Translations under genes and position numbers: made by a program | In this document: in pieces, positions 1-14,205 of the stretch | How the letters are laid out: every line of letters begins with the position of its first letter | Position numbering within the stretch: the stretch's first letter is position 1 | Notes under the pieces: generated by a model | What the model saw: the letters and a program-made list of their open reading frames with translations, nothing else | The model's database searches: none | What the model was told of the DNA's origin: nothing | Assembly (NCBI GenBank): GCA_963772835.1 | Contig: CAVYYZ010000009.1 | Span: 96,001 to 160,000, forward strand | Length of the DNA stretch: 64,000 nt | Source of the DNA: an uncultured delta proteobacterium | Lineage (GTDB): Bacteria; Desulfobacterota; Desulfuromonadia; Geobacterales; Pseudopelobacteraceae | Direction: 5' to 3'

Positions 1-255
1 CAGGAGAATCTGGTGGTGATGGTGGTCAATCTCGACCCGCACCACGTCCAGTCAGGGTGGATCGAGCTTGACCTTGAGGCTCTCGGCATCGATGCTAAAA
101 CCTCTTACCAGATGCACGACCTCCTCTCCGGCGCGCGTTTTCTCTGGAGCGGTCCGCGTAATTTTGTCCAGCTGGATCCGCAGCGCGCACCCGCGCACCT
201 GTTCGCACTGCGGCGCAAGGTACGAACCGAACATAATTTTGACTATTTTTTGTAA
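1..255 (+). CDS. glgE: Alpha-1,4-glucan:maltose-1-phosphate maltosyltransferase, C-terminal part (5' truncated by window edge)
   Basis: Open frame from base 1. VVNLDPHHVQSGW...MHDLLSGARFLWSGPRNFVQLDP...PAHLF matches the GlgE C-terminus. Directly upstream of treS. Confidence 0.85.
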   Translation, partial: QENLVVMVVNLDPHHVQSGWIELDLEALGIDAKTSYQMHDLLSGARFLWSGPRNFVQLDPQRAPAHLFALRRKVRTEHNFDYFL

Positions 256-269
256 TTCTGGAGTAATCG

Positions 270-3645
<3,376 letters not shown>

Positions 3646-3646
3646 T

Positions 3647-4330
3647 ATGGAAAAAGTAGACATCATGCTCGAACCGGTGCAGGCATTCCTGCTCCAGATC
3701 TATGGCTTACTGCCCAAATTCGCTCTCGCGCTTGGAGTGCTGATCGCAGGGTGGCTGCTGGCCAGATTCGCGCGGTTCGCGATTGTCAAGGGGTTACGTG
3801 CGATAAACTTCAACGTCCTCAGCGAGCGGGCCGGTCTTGACGGTTTCCTGAGCCAGGGCGGCATCGAAACTGATACCACCGGTATCTTCGGGCTGCTGGT
3901 CTACTGGCTGGTTATCCTGGCCGCTCTTATTATCGGATTCAACAGCCTGGGGCTCACCTACATCACCGGACTGCTGGGGGAGGTTGTGCTGTTTGTCCCC
4001 AAGGTCATCGTGGCACTGCTGATTCTCGCCGTCGGTGCGTACTTCGCGCGTTTCGTCGGAACGACAGTGATTGCATACTGTAAAAACATCGCCATCCAGG
4101 ATTCCGACGTTCTCGGCAAACTGGCACAGTACGCCATCATGACGTTTGTCGTGCTGATAGCGCTTGACCAGGTAAATGTAGGTGGTGATATAGTCCGGCA
4201 GAGCTTTCTCATCATCCTGGCCGGGGTCGTGTTTGCTCTGGCACTCGCCTTCGGACTCGGCGGCAGAGACGCCGCGGCTGAGCTCATTGATCGCTGGTGG
4301 CCGGGACAACGGAAAGACAAAAACGATTAA
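3647..4330 (+). CDS. Conserved TM-helix repeat membrane protein (CmpX/MscS-associated type)
   Basis: SD AAGGAG before ATG 3647. Two LPK/VPK-type TM_helix repeats and C-terminal ALAFGLGG motif. Confidence 0.75.
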   Translation: MEKVDIMLEPVQAFLLQIYGLLPKFALALGVLIAGWLLARFARFAIVKGLRAINFNVLSERAGLDGFLSQGGIETDTTGIFGLLVYWLVILAALIIGFNSLGLTYITGLLGEVVLFVPKVIVALLILAVGAYFARFVGTTVIAYCKNIAIQDSDVLGKLAQYAIMTFVVLIALDQVNVGGDIVRQSFLIILAGVVFALALAFGLGGRDAAAELIDRWWPGQRKDKND

Positions 4331-4351
4331 ACCTAAAAACAGCAGTTCATG

Positions 4352-4486
4352 AACCACAGAGCAACTGAGCAACAGAGAAATCAAGCAGTTACATTAACAA
4401 CAGGCATAACCAAGATGGTGATTGATTTTTTTGTTTTACCCTGAATTCTTCTTGTTTTTGCTCAGTTGCTCTGTTGCTCTGTGTTT
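4352..4486. repeat. Imperfect ~27 bp inverted repeat built of 8-nt (C[A/T]GAGCAA) units around an AT-rich spacer (REP/MITE-like)
   Basis: Left arm AACCACAGAGCAACTGAGCAACAGAGA (4352-4378). Right arm TGCTCAGTTGCTCTGTTGCTCTGTGTTT (4459-4486) is its near reverse complement. Confidence 0.7.
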
Positions 4487-4556
4487 TAAAAATTTTTTTA
4501 GGTCAAACTGTTGTACAGAGTGAATTACCAAATAATTTCAACCAAGGACAGTACCT

Positions 4557-6683
4557 ATGAACCCGATTACCGCAGTGTGGCCCGGCAGCCCCTATCCTCG
4601 TGGAGCAACGTGGGACGGAGAAGGGGTCAACTTTGCGATTTTCTCCGAGCATGCAGGAAAAGTAGAGCTCTGCCTCTTCGACGACACAGGGCGGCGTGAA
4701 CTGCAGCGCATCGAACTGCGTGAGCAGACCGATCTGGTCTGGCATTGCTATCTGCCGGAGGCACGACCCGGCCTGCTCTACGGCTATCGCATCCACGGCC
4801 CGTACAAACCCGAGGAGGGACACCGCTTCAATCCGCACAAGCTGCTGCTCGACCCCTATGCGCGACATATAGCCGGTGACGTACAGTGGAGCGACGCGCT
4901 GTTCGGCTACACGATCGGCAGCAAGCGTGAGGATCTGTCGTTTGACCGCCGTGACAGCGCGCGTTTCATGCCGAAATGCAAGGTTATCGAATCGGCGTTC
5001 AGCTGGGGTGAAGACCGGCGCCCGAAAATACCCTGGAACGACATGATCATCTACGAGACACATGTACGCGGCTTTACCATGCGCAACCCGGACGTCCCCC
5101 CGGCGCTGCGCGGCACCTACGCCGGACTTTCCAGCGCCCCGGTAATCGAATATCTCAAACGGCTCGGCATCACCACGGTGGAACTGATGCCGGTACACGC
5201 CTTCGTCGACGACCGCTACCTGCGTCGAGCGCGGTCTGACCAACTACTGGGGGTACAACACCATCGGCTATTTTGCACCCGAGCCGCACTACTCCGCTTC
5301 GGGGAAGGTAGCTGAATTCAAGACTATGGTGAAAACCCTGCACTCGGCGGGGCTCGAAGTCATTCTCGACGTGGTCTATAACCACACCGCCGAAGGGAAC
5401 CAGCTGGGACCGACACTCTCGTTTCGTGGTGTGGACAACGCCTCCTATTACCGACTGCCTCCGGAAAACCAGCGCTACTATGCCGATTACACCGGCTGCG
5501 GCAATACGTTGAACATGGTGCATCCGCGCGTGTTGCAGCTGATCATGGATTCCCTCCGCTACTGGGTTATCGAGATGCATGTGGACGGCTTCCGCTTTGA
5601 TCTCGCCTCGGCGCTGGCGCGCGAACTGCACGCGGTGGATCGACTCGGTGCATTTTTTGATATCCTGCGCCAGGATCCGGTACTGAGTGAAGTAAAACTG
5701 ATCGCAGAGCCGTGGGATCTCGGAGAAGGGGGGTATCAGGTGGGTAACTTTCCGGTCGGCTGGTCCGAGTGGAACGACAAGTACCGCGACACCATGCGCG
5801 CTTACTGGAAGGGGGATGGCGGCCTGATCGGCGAGTTCGCCCAGCGCATCACCGGATCGAGCGATCTGTACGGGCACAGCGGCCGCCGCCCGCATGCCAG
5901 CATCAACTTCGTCAGCGCCCATGACGGCTTCACACTCGCCGACGTTGTTTCCTATAACGAACAAGCACAACGATGCGAACCAGGAGGGGGGGCGCGACGG
6001 ACACGATCACAACCTGTCATGGAACTGCGGCGTGGAAGGTGCCAGCGATGATCCTGCGCTGCGCGCACTGCGTGCGCGCCAGCAACGCAATATGATTGCC
6101 ACGCTGCTGCTGTCGCAAGGCGTCCCGATGCTGCTCGCCGGTGACGAGATCGACCGGAGCCAGCAGGGGAACAACAACGCCTACTGCCAGGACAACGAAC
6201 TATCCTGGATCGACTGGACGCTGGACGACGACAAGCAGAAACTCCTGGCGTTCACGCAGCGGGTCATCGCGCTGCGCCGCGCACACCCGGTCTTCCGGCG
6301 GCGGGACTTCTACATGGGACACCCGGTCCGCGGGACAGGGCATAAAGGATATCGTCTGGCTGCTCCCCGACGGCGGTGAAATGAACGACTTCGAATGGAG
6401 CCAGCACTTCGCCCGCTGCCTGGGCGTGTACCTGGCCGGGGAAGCTCTGACCGAAACCGATGAGCGCGGCCGGCCGCTTCGAGATCACAACTTTCTCGTG
6501 CTGTTCAATGCGCATCATGAAACGATACCATTCAAGCTGCCTGATTACCCTGGCAGTAGATGGCTCACTCTTCTCGACACCGCTCTGGAAGAAGGGCTGG
6601 TCACTCACGGGACGTACGACGCCGGCGTGGAATATGACCTGCAAGGGCGTTCCCTCGCACTACTGCAGCAGGTGAGTACCTGA
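4557..6683 (+). CDS. glgX: Glycogen debranching enzyme, apparent frameshifts near 5228, 5960 and 6340
   Basis: [56 protein letters not shown] and [13 protein letters not shown] across four consecutive ORFs. Confidence 0.9.
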
Positions 6684-6710
6684 TACTCTCCCGCCGGATT
6701 CTGACAATGT

Positions 6711-8639
6711 CTACGAATCGATTGTCCACCCGGCTTCAGCCTCCAACCGGGCAATCAGATCCGGACAGTCAATGTCCTTACGCGCCCGCAGAGCCAGGGC
6801 CAGTACAGCGTGCAGGTTGAGCACCTCTCCCCGCACTTTTCCCTCTTCGTAACGGCGGACAAAATCCTGCGGCACCCGGAGAGTCCAGTTGTCATCGTGT
6901 GTCGTGCCAGGCTCGTTGTACGCTTCCTCCAGCCCGAAAAGATCGGCGAAGAACAGCATGACATGCTGAGCAGGACCAAGGAAGAGATTTGCCACTTTGG
7001 CATGTGCCATTCTACACGGGTTGGCGGCCAGAAGCGACGAGAACCGGTCGGAATCCTCCGGACGTAGCTGGTGGGCAAGATAGGCGGCCTGCTTCACCCC
7101 CTCCTCCTTTCCATGCCAGGCTTTTACCAGACGCCAGACAGTAGGCGTATCATGGTTTCCAACCATGATCCAGTCCTCGGGCAGCGTGTTCTCACTGCGA
7201 TAGACGTCCCGACGATTGTCCATGCTCGCTTTTTGTGTTACCCGAAAGCGCCCCAGGCCGTGCCGCTGGCGTACCCGTTGGAGTGGCAACGGTTCGGTAG
7301 ACAACACCTCGAACAGGATGTCCTCCTTGCGGCGGCCGTGGTTGCGGACCTGATCCATGACTGCATCCATGAGCATGGCATAACGATCCTCCTGTTCAGC
7401 GGTTAGATTGCTGACCCAATCGTCGGCATAGCGGGGTTGATTCCGGTTGATTTGATCCGGACGTACGATAGCATGACCGGCAAGATCAGGATGATCGGGC
7501 AGGTCCGGGGAGGAAAACAGGCGGGCGCCGTTCTGTACGGCATGGTACGGATCGGGGTCATCAGCCCGATAGACCCAGGGGCAGACCAGACCGTGGGGAT
7601 GATCCAGGCGCAGGCCGTCGAACTCGCAGAGCATCTTGCCCAGCCGCTCGGCGACCAGAGCCAATACCGGCCCGGGTCGCCCATCAGAATCCAGATATTG
7701 GGCCGGATCCAGCACCTGATAGCTCCAGGGCTGTCCTTCGATATTGGTGCGGCTGGGCGGCGCCCCCATATAATAGTTATGCAGCAGCAAGGTCTGCAGG
7801 CTCCAATTGTCAGCCTGGGAAAAACCGACCTGCACATCGCCGTAGATCTTGAGTCCCAGAGCCTGCATGCTGTCCCGGAAGACCAGATGTTGACGCAGCA
7901 GAAGCTGCTGGATCAGGGTATAGCGCTCCAGCACTTGGGCATATTTTTCTTCCAGCGCCCGGCGGCGAAGGGCGCAGGCGGTCTCCATCCCCGCAGGAAC
8001 TGCGCAGAGTTTCCGGTCGAGAGCGCCCTCACCTTCCTGCGGCCATTGCCGCCAGGGCAAATGACCATGTTCAAGGCTCAGGGCCTCAAACAGGGCGTCG
8101 TCTCTCAGCCAGCGCGCAGACCGCCAGAGCTCTTTGATCTCCCTGTCCAGAGCCAGGGCGTCTTCATCCTGTTTTTCCCGAAGTGCGAGGAAGCTGCTGT
8201 AGACCTCGTCCTGCACCCTGCTGTAGGCGGCAAATGCGTGGGCATAGGGAACCCGGCGACCAACCGTCGGCTGGTTGTCAGCCAGAAGCGCATCCCAGGT
8301 GAGTCGACTGAGTAAGCCCTGATCTACCAGGGCCTTCAGGTCCAGAGAGAGAATGCTGCGAGAAAAGAGCGTGCCGTCGTAGGGTGAGGGATTGACCGAT
8401 GAGGTCTGCCCCTGAGGGCCAAGCTGCAGACCGGTGAAACCGAGATGCCGGGCAAAGCAGGCCAGCGCCAGTCCGCCAGCTCCGTAAGGAGTGCCCCGCC
8501 CGCTATCTTCGCCATACTCCCCCGGGAAACTGGCGTCATGCACCGCCAGCAGGAAGTCCGACTTATCCAGCAGCCGCAACGCTTCGGCAATGGATGTGTC
8601 TGGCAGGGTGTCTGTAGTTCTCGGGGCGTTGGCCATCAT
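6711..8639 (-). CDS. malQ: 4-alpha-glucanotransferase (amylomaltase, GH77)
   Basis: SPYDGTLFS, GAPPSRTN..QPW, FDGLRLDHPHG, GNHDTPT and NEPGT..DNW motifs; intact 642 aa. Confidence 0.85.
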   Translation of the reverse strand: MMANAPRTTDTLPDTSIAEALRLLDKSDFLLAVHDASFPGEYGEDSGRGTPYGAGGLALACFARHLGFTGLQLGPQGQTSSVNPSPYDGTLFSRSILSLDLKALVDQGLLSRLTWDALLADNQPTVGRRVPYAHAFAAYSRVQDEVYSSFLALREKQDEDALALDREIKELWRSARWLRDDALFEALSLEHGHLPWRQWPQEGEGALDRKLCAVPAGMETACALRRRALEEKYAQVLERYTLIQQLLLRQHLVFRDSMQALGLKIYGDVQVGFSQADNWSLQTLLLHNYYMGAPPSRTNIEGQPWSYQVLDPAQYLDSDGRPGPVLALVAERLGKMLCEFDGLRLDHPHGLVCPWVYRADDPDPYHAVQNGARLFSSPDLPDHPDLAGHAIVRPDQINRNQPRYADDWVSNLTAEQEDRYAMLMDAVMDQVRNHGRRKEDILFEVLSTEPLPLQRVRQRHGLGRFRVTQKASMDNRRDVYRSENTLPEDWIMVGNHDTPTVWRLVKAWHGKEEGVKQAAYLAHQLRPEDSDRFSSLLAANPCRMAHAKVANLFLGPAQHVMLFFADLFGLEEAYNEPGTTHDDNWTLRVPQDFVRRYEEGKVRGEVLNLHAVLALALRARKDIDCPDLIARLEAEAGWTIDS

Positions 8640-8811
8640 TCAAGCTCCTGTGTAACAAACTGGTGGGAATACGACTGAAGAATGTTGAAGTGTCCACGCG
8701 GAAAGGCTGTCGCACAATGGACAAATACAGGGATAAGAATTTGTATTTTATAGTTTTAACACATATACTTTCCTTGAACAAGCTGCCGTCAATATCAGGA
8801 GAACCGTATCT

Positions 8812-11800
8812 ATGCGACATGAAGATTCCATCCTTGAGAACAATCCCGGCTGGTACCGGGATGCGGTTATTTATCAGCTGCATATCAAAGCATTCGCTGA
8901 CTCTAACGCCGATGGCATGGGTGATTTTCTCGGCCTGATCGGAAAACTTGATTACCTGCAACAGCTCGGAGTTACGGCAATCTGGCTGCTCCCCTTTTAT
9001 CCGTCACCGCAACGGGATGACGGTTATGACATCTCCGATTACTATACCGTCAATCCCTGCTACAATACCCTCCGCGAGTTCAAACAACTGATGCGTGCCG
9101 CCCACGGCCGCGGCATCAGGGTGATCACCGAACTCGTGCTCAATCACACCTCGGACCAGCACCCCTGGTTCCAGCGAGCCCGTCAGGCCAAACCCGGTTC
9201 CGCGCATCGGGATTTCTATGTCTGGAGCGATACTCCCGAAAAATATCGGGAAGCGCGCATTATTTTTCAGGACTTCGAAACTTCCAACTGGACCTGGGAC
9301 CCGATCGCCAAGGCCTACTTCTGGCACCGCTTTTACTCCCACCAGCCGGACCTGAATTTCGACAATCCGAAGGTACAATCCGAGATGCTGAGGGTTATTG
9401 ATTTCTGGATGCGCCTTGGGGTTGACGGTGTTCGTCTCGATGCGGTCCCTTATCTGTTTGAACGGGAGAGAACCAATTGTGAAAATCTTCCCGAAACCCA
9501 CGCATTCCTCAAAAAGCTCAGGGCCCATCTGGACAGCTCCTTCAAAAACCGGATACTGCTTTCAGAGGCAAACCAGTGGCCGGAGGATGCCGCCGCTTAT
9601 TTCGGTGACGGCAACGAGAGCAACATGGCTTTCCATTTTCCGCTCATGCCGCGCATGTTCATGGCCATCGAAATGGAGGATCGATTCCCGATCGTCGACA
9701 TCCTTGATCAGACGCCGGCGATCCCGGAGGGGTGCCAGTGGGCCATATTCCTTCGCAACCATGACGAGTTGACTCTGGAAATGGTGACCGATGAAGAGCG
9801 GGATTACATGTACCGGGTATATGCCTCAGACCCGAGGGCACGTATAAACCTTGGCATCCGCCGCCGTCTGGCCCCGCTGATGGGTAATAACCGCCGGAAA
9901 ATAGAACTGATGAACATGCTGCTCTTCTCGCTGCCGGGAACTCCGATCATCTACTACGGCGACGAAATAGGTATGGGCGACAACTATTTTCTGGGTGACA
10001 GAAATGGAGTCCGTACCCCGATGCAGTGGAATCCGGACCGGAACGCCGGGTTCTCCAAGGCCAGCCCCCAGAAGACTGTTTCTGCCGGTCATAATTGAAG
10101 CAGAATACCACTACGAATCGATTAACGTGGAGAATCAGGAGAGCAATTCTTCATCCCTGCTCTGGTGGATGAGGCGTACGATCGCGATGCGCAAGCGCTT
10201 CAAGGCGTTCGGAAGAGGCGGCCTGGAGATGCTGCCGTCAGACAACCCAAAGGTGCTGTCCTTCATCCGCAGCTTTGAAGATGAAAAACTTCTGGTTGTC
10301 ATCAATCTCTCCCGATTTGCACAGACGGTAACAATTGATCTTTCACGCTACGCCGGTCTGATCCCTGAAGAGGTCTTCAGTCGCAACCGATTTCCCATAA
10401 TCCAGGAAACCCGCTATCATTTTACCATGGGACCATATGACTATTTCTGGTTTGTGCTGCGAAACACCGAGGCGAAGACCGACCCCTGCGACGATGAGTG
10501 CATGAAACTCAAACTGCGGGAAGGACATCCCTGGTGGAACGTTCTGACAGGTAAAACCGGAGAGCGATTGTGCAACAGCGTGATGCCCCACTATCTGCAG
10601 CGCGTATTCTGGTTTTTCGGCAAGGGGCGGATCATCAGGCAGATCAGCGTGATCGACAGTTGTCACCTGAGACAGGAAGACCAGTTGTTCCTGCTTACCT
10701 TTATCAAGGTCACGTACACAGGTTCGGATCCTGAAATCTATCTGATTCCGATGACCTGGCTTTCTAACGAACAGGTTCAGGTCATGTCGGACCGGCATCC
10801 TCTGTCTACAATAACAACGCTGGCTCTGGGAGATGTAGAGGGTGTGCTGTGTGATGCGATCTACTTCGAAGATTTCCGGGCACTGCTCTTTAAACTGATG
10901 AGCGACCGGACAAAAGTGCACGGTGCAAACGGCACTCAACTGGTCGGTCTGCGCGGCAGCGGTGTGACGAAAAACTCACCGCCACGGGCAGAACTTTTTC
11001 CCAGCAGGGTGGCCGTGGTCGAGCAGAATAACACCAGTGTCCTGTACGGCGACCGGTTACTGTTCAAAATGTACCGGAAACTTGAGGAAGGGATAAATCC
11101 GGAACCGGAAATACTCCGGTATCTGGCTGGTAAGAACAGATTCCGCAACGTGCCGTCGTATGCCGGGAAGATTGAATACCATGGTGAGGGCGGTAAAATC
11201 TATGATATCGGTGTCCTGCAAACCTACATTTCCTGCCACGGTGATGCCTGGCGGAACACCCTGACAAGCCTCACCCAATTCGCAGAACATATTCTCTCGC
11301 ATAAGCTGGATCTTCCTAAACTGCCGACCCGCCTTCCAACTCTTCTGGAAGTCGTCGACAGCGGCATCCCGGAACAGTTCCGTGATCTTGTCCGCGGATT
11401 GCATCTGGAAATGGCCCTTCTTCTTGGCAAGCGCACCGCTGAGATGCATCGGGCCCTGGCATCCAACTCTGCAGACGACACCTGGAATAAGGAAGAGTTT
11501 TCATCCCTTTACCAGCGTTCCATCTTCCAGTCCATGCGGGGACTGGTCCGGAGAAACTTCCAGACGCTATCGACAAACCTTCAGAAACTTTCTGCTGACG
11601 TACAGCGGAGAGGCACACGGATACTCGCCGCTGAAAAGGAGATTATCGCCTGTCTGCAGGAAATTACCGGCCATCGCTTTTCCGCAATGAAGTGCAGGAT
11701 TCACGGCGACTTACATCTCGGCCAGGCACTCTTCACCGGCAAGGATTTTGTTTTCATCGATTTTGAGGGAGAACCTGCCCATACTCTCAGCGAGCGCCGT

Positions 11801-12157
11801 CTGAAACGCTCTCCACTGCGCGATGTGGCCGGTATGATCCACTCGTTCCACTATGCCGCCATGACAACACTGGTTCACCACGGTGCCAGTCATCCTGACG
11901 ACATCGCTCTTCTCGAACCCTGGTTTGAGGCGTGGTATGTCTACGTCAGCGGTTCTTACCTGAAAGCGTATCTGCATGCCATGAAGAACTCACCATTGGT
12001 TCCTGCCGACAGGGCAGAACTCGCAATCATGCTGCGCAGTTTCCTGATACAAAAAATGGTCCAGGAGTTGGGAACTGACTTAGACAACCGCCCGGACCTG
12101 GTCGATCTCACATTACGGGGAATCGAGATGCTTGTGAAGGAGTGCCGTTGTTCATAA
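8812..12157 (+). CDS. treS: Trehalose synthase TreS fused to maltokinase (copy 2), one apparent frameshift near 10065
   Basis: Same TreS motifs in 8812-10098. Maltokinase [16 protein letters not shown] and DFEGEP in 9995-12157. SD AGGAG upstream. Confidence 0.9.
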
Positions 12158-12346
12158 CCGGAAAACGCAGAATTTTTCGGAACGCAATTCAGCACCGCTC
12201 AAAGAGGATTGAGGATATGAATGGAACCATTTTCAAATACGTGGCGACGCTACGTGCACGTCAGCTGATTCAACATACCGTTCTGACCAGGCTTTCTACG
12301 CCTTCAGAGCATCTTAATCCCGACTGTAGGTATATTTCCAAGCAAG

Positions 12347-12376
12347 TTGAAATAGTGTTTTATTTATGATATACAA
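12347..12376 (+). promoter_or_regulatory. Putative sigma70-like promoter of leader ORF A
   Basis: TTGAAA-N17-TATACA with a TGn extension; the same arrangement occurs upstream of paralog B. Confidence 0.5.
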
Positions 12377-12436
12377 TTCACATGTAGTTTCAAACCTGAT
12401 CATGCAATGTACGCGGTTCCACATAAGGACTTCAGC

Positions 12437-12793
12437 ATGGCATCCCTCACAGGTAATCACATGCAAAATCGGCACGCGATGCTGCGACATCCGCTCCTGT
12501 CCGGGCGCGTCTCGAGGAAATACCTGCCGCAACTGCTGATTATTCTCCTGCTCCTCCTCACACCCCTTACCTTTTCAAATGACAACATCCCCAATTTCGA
12601 GCCTGAATGCGAGATCAGTTCGCTTGTTTTCACTAAAGGGGTCACTGCCTCTGCCGTTCTTGCTCCAATCCCCTCAATTGTTCATCACGCCCATGCACAA
12701 TCACCTGCGCCGAGCTATCTAATCTCAGCACATTTCATCCCATCCGCTACACAAATCTCCCTTGCAACTCCAAGTCGGGCTCCTCCAGCCTGA
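12437..12793 (+). CDS. Small leader protein A with signal-like segment and C-terminal RAPP motif (putative ribosome-arrest peptide)
   Basis: TAAGGA SD before ATG 12437; RKYLPQLLIILLLLLTPLTFS-NDNIPNFE...PSRAPPA-stop. Paralogous to 13624-13977 and 39255-39545. Start codon uncertain. Confidence 0.7.
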   Translation: MASLTGNHMQNRHAMLRHPLLSGRVSRKYLPQLLIILLLLLTPLTFSNDNIPNFEPECEISSLVFTKGVTASAVLAPIPSIVHHAHAQSPAPSYLISAHFIPSATQISLATPSRAPPA

Positions 12794-12870
12794 TATCCCA
12801 CACAATTTATTTCCGTCAGAAAACAGTATGTTATTTCGTATAGCAGTACCTCAACCGAAAGGAGGAACGC

Positions 12871-13239
12871 ATGCGCGAAACTCTCATGCGATTTTGGTCA
12901 CGTACTTTCACATCTGAAGAATCTTCTGAAAACAAAGGATGCCTCTGTTGCGGCCGTTGTTGTGAATCATTTGGCGGTCACCTGCACGCTTCAAAACGGG
13001 ATCTGGCACGATGGCAACGGGAGGGACGGGATGATCTTCTTAGTCGGGTCAACCGCCTGGACTGGATATGGGTTGACGCTCAAACCAAGGAACTTCTTGA
13101 TCGGTGCCCGTTCATCGAAAAGATAAATGAACAACAGTCTGTATGCGGTATTCAGGAGACCAAGCCGGATATCTGCCGCGACTATCCCACACTGGCCCAT
13201 GGCCGCCACTGCTTGAGCGGTGTTTTTTTGAAAGGGTGA
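12871..13239 (+). CDS. YkgJ-family (CxxCxxCC) Zn/Fe-chelating cysteine-cluster protein
   Basis: CLCCGRCC...CPF...CGIQETKPDICRDYP pattern; strong SD AAAGGAGG. Confidence 0.85.
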   Translation: MRETLMRFWSRTFTSEESSENKGCLCCGRCCESFGGHLHASKRDLARWQREGRDDLLSRVNRLDWIWVDAQTKELLDRCPFIEKINEQQSVCGIQETKPDICRDYPTLAHGRHCLSGVFLKG

Positions 13240-13514
13240 TTTGTAATAAAAGGCTTCAGCATGGAACAGCCGCTCCGGGACTGAGTCCATTTTCAATCTT
13301 AATCCGGTCAGCAATCCAATACTGTTTACAGCATGATTGCCTCCTGATTTGCCCGACGTGCCCTGCTGTCTGTGACCGCTTTGCAGCGGATATTCCGCAG
13401 CGTGCCGCTGGCCGGGCACGAATGTGTGCAAACATGCCCGAATCCGGCACTGTGCTGATTGCGATAAAGCGGGACAAGTTACTGCGGAAACGGTTTGGCA
13501 ACTGGTCATGTAAT

Positions 13515-13545
13515 TTGAAACAGATCACATTTAAATGGTATACAA
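13515..13545 (+). promoter_or_regulatory. Putative sigma70-like promoter of leader ORF B
   Basis: TTGAAA-N18-TATACA with a TGn extension, matching 12347-12376. Confidence 0.5.
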
Positions 13546-13623
13546 GGCACATGGTGGCTTAGTCGTGATCGCATCCTTGGTGTGATCATGCCGTAGCTGT
13601 TCCACATAAGGACTATCCCGAAC

Positions 13624-13977
13624 ATGGAATTTCTCACTGGTAACGACATGCAGCATCGAAACGGCTTAGGGCGCCATCCTTCCCTGCTCGTTTGTTTGCA
13701 GAGGAGGTATGTGTCCCAACTGTTGATTGCTCTCCTGCTTCTCCTTACACCACTCACCGTTTCAAATGACAAAATTCCCAATTTTGAGCCTGAATGCGAA
13801 ATCAGTTCGCATATGTTCATAAAGCGGGGCACTGTTTGTGTCAGGCGGAGCCTCTCTCCTTCAATTGTTCATCAAAAACAGGCACAAGCATCGCTACATT
13901 TTTCATTCCCCGCTTCCAACATTCCTCCAGTTGAAGAAATCGCCTTCGTCTCTCCCAGTCGGGCTCCCCCATCCTGA
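13624..13977 (+). CDS. Small leader protein B with signal-like segment and C-terminal RAPP motif (putative ribosome-arrest peptide)
   Basis: RRYVSQLLIALLLLLTPLTVS-NDKIPNFEPECEISS...PSRAPPS-stop; paralog of A; upstream of nhaD. Confidence 0.7.
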   Translation: MEFLTGNDMQHRNGLGRHPSLLVCLQRRYVSQLLIALLLLLTPLTVSNDKIPNFEPECEISSHMFIKRGTVCVRRSLSPSIVHQKQAQASLHFSFPASNIPPVEEIAFVSPSRAPPS

Positions 13978-14133
13978 TATCCTCCACATTCCCGCCCGGT
14001 TACATAACGATCAATGAACTGCAAAGACGCGATAAACGCTTAGAAAATATGTATCTTTTTCTGAAATATTCTTACTCTTAAGACGTTGACCAGAAGTTAT
14101 ATAACCCATTATTCCCTCTGTGAACTTCGCCTA

Positions 14134-14159
14134 CAAGCGCCTGTTTTTAGCGGCGCTTG
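14134..14159 (+). promoter_or_regulatory. Stem-loop in the nhaD 5' region
   Basis: CAAGCGCC (14134-41) pairs with GGCGCTTG (14152-59); no adjacent U-tract. Confidence 0.4.
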
Positions 14160-14205
14160 AAGGAGTAACTGCTTTTTCCTGATTAAAATTGAAAGGGACC
14201 TCTTC

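Noticed and set aside
7437..8315. Long antisense ORFs (e.g. 7437-8315, 34096-35004, 60727-61590, 32586-33431)
   Set aside because: Shadow frames opposite well-supported genes, expected from GC-rich codon bias.
12217..12369. 50-codon ORF MNGTIFKYVATL... after treS copy 2
   Set aside because: No recognisable motif, and it overlaps the putative promoter of leader A.
13256..13345. Minus-strand strong SD (AGGAGG) + ATG CTG TAA at ~13334
   Set aside because: Two-codon ORF followed by more stops with no recognisable homology; cannot distinguish a relic from chance.
13980..14205. Possible Na+/Li+ riboswitch upstream of nhaD
   Set aside because: I could not match a known consensus by eye; only one simple hairpin is evident. 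An Rfam/Infernal scan would be needed.
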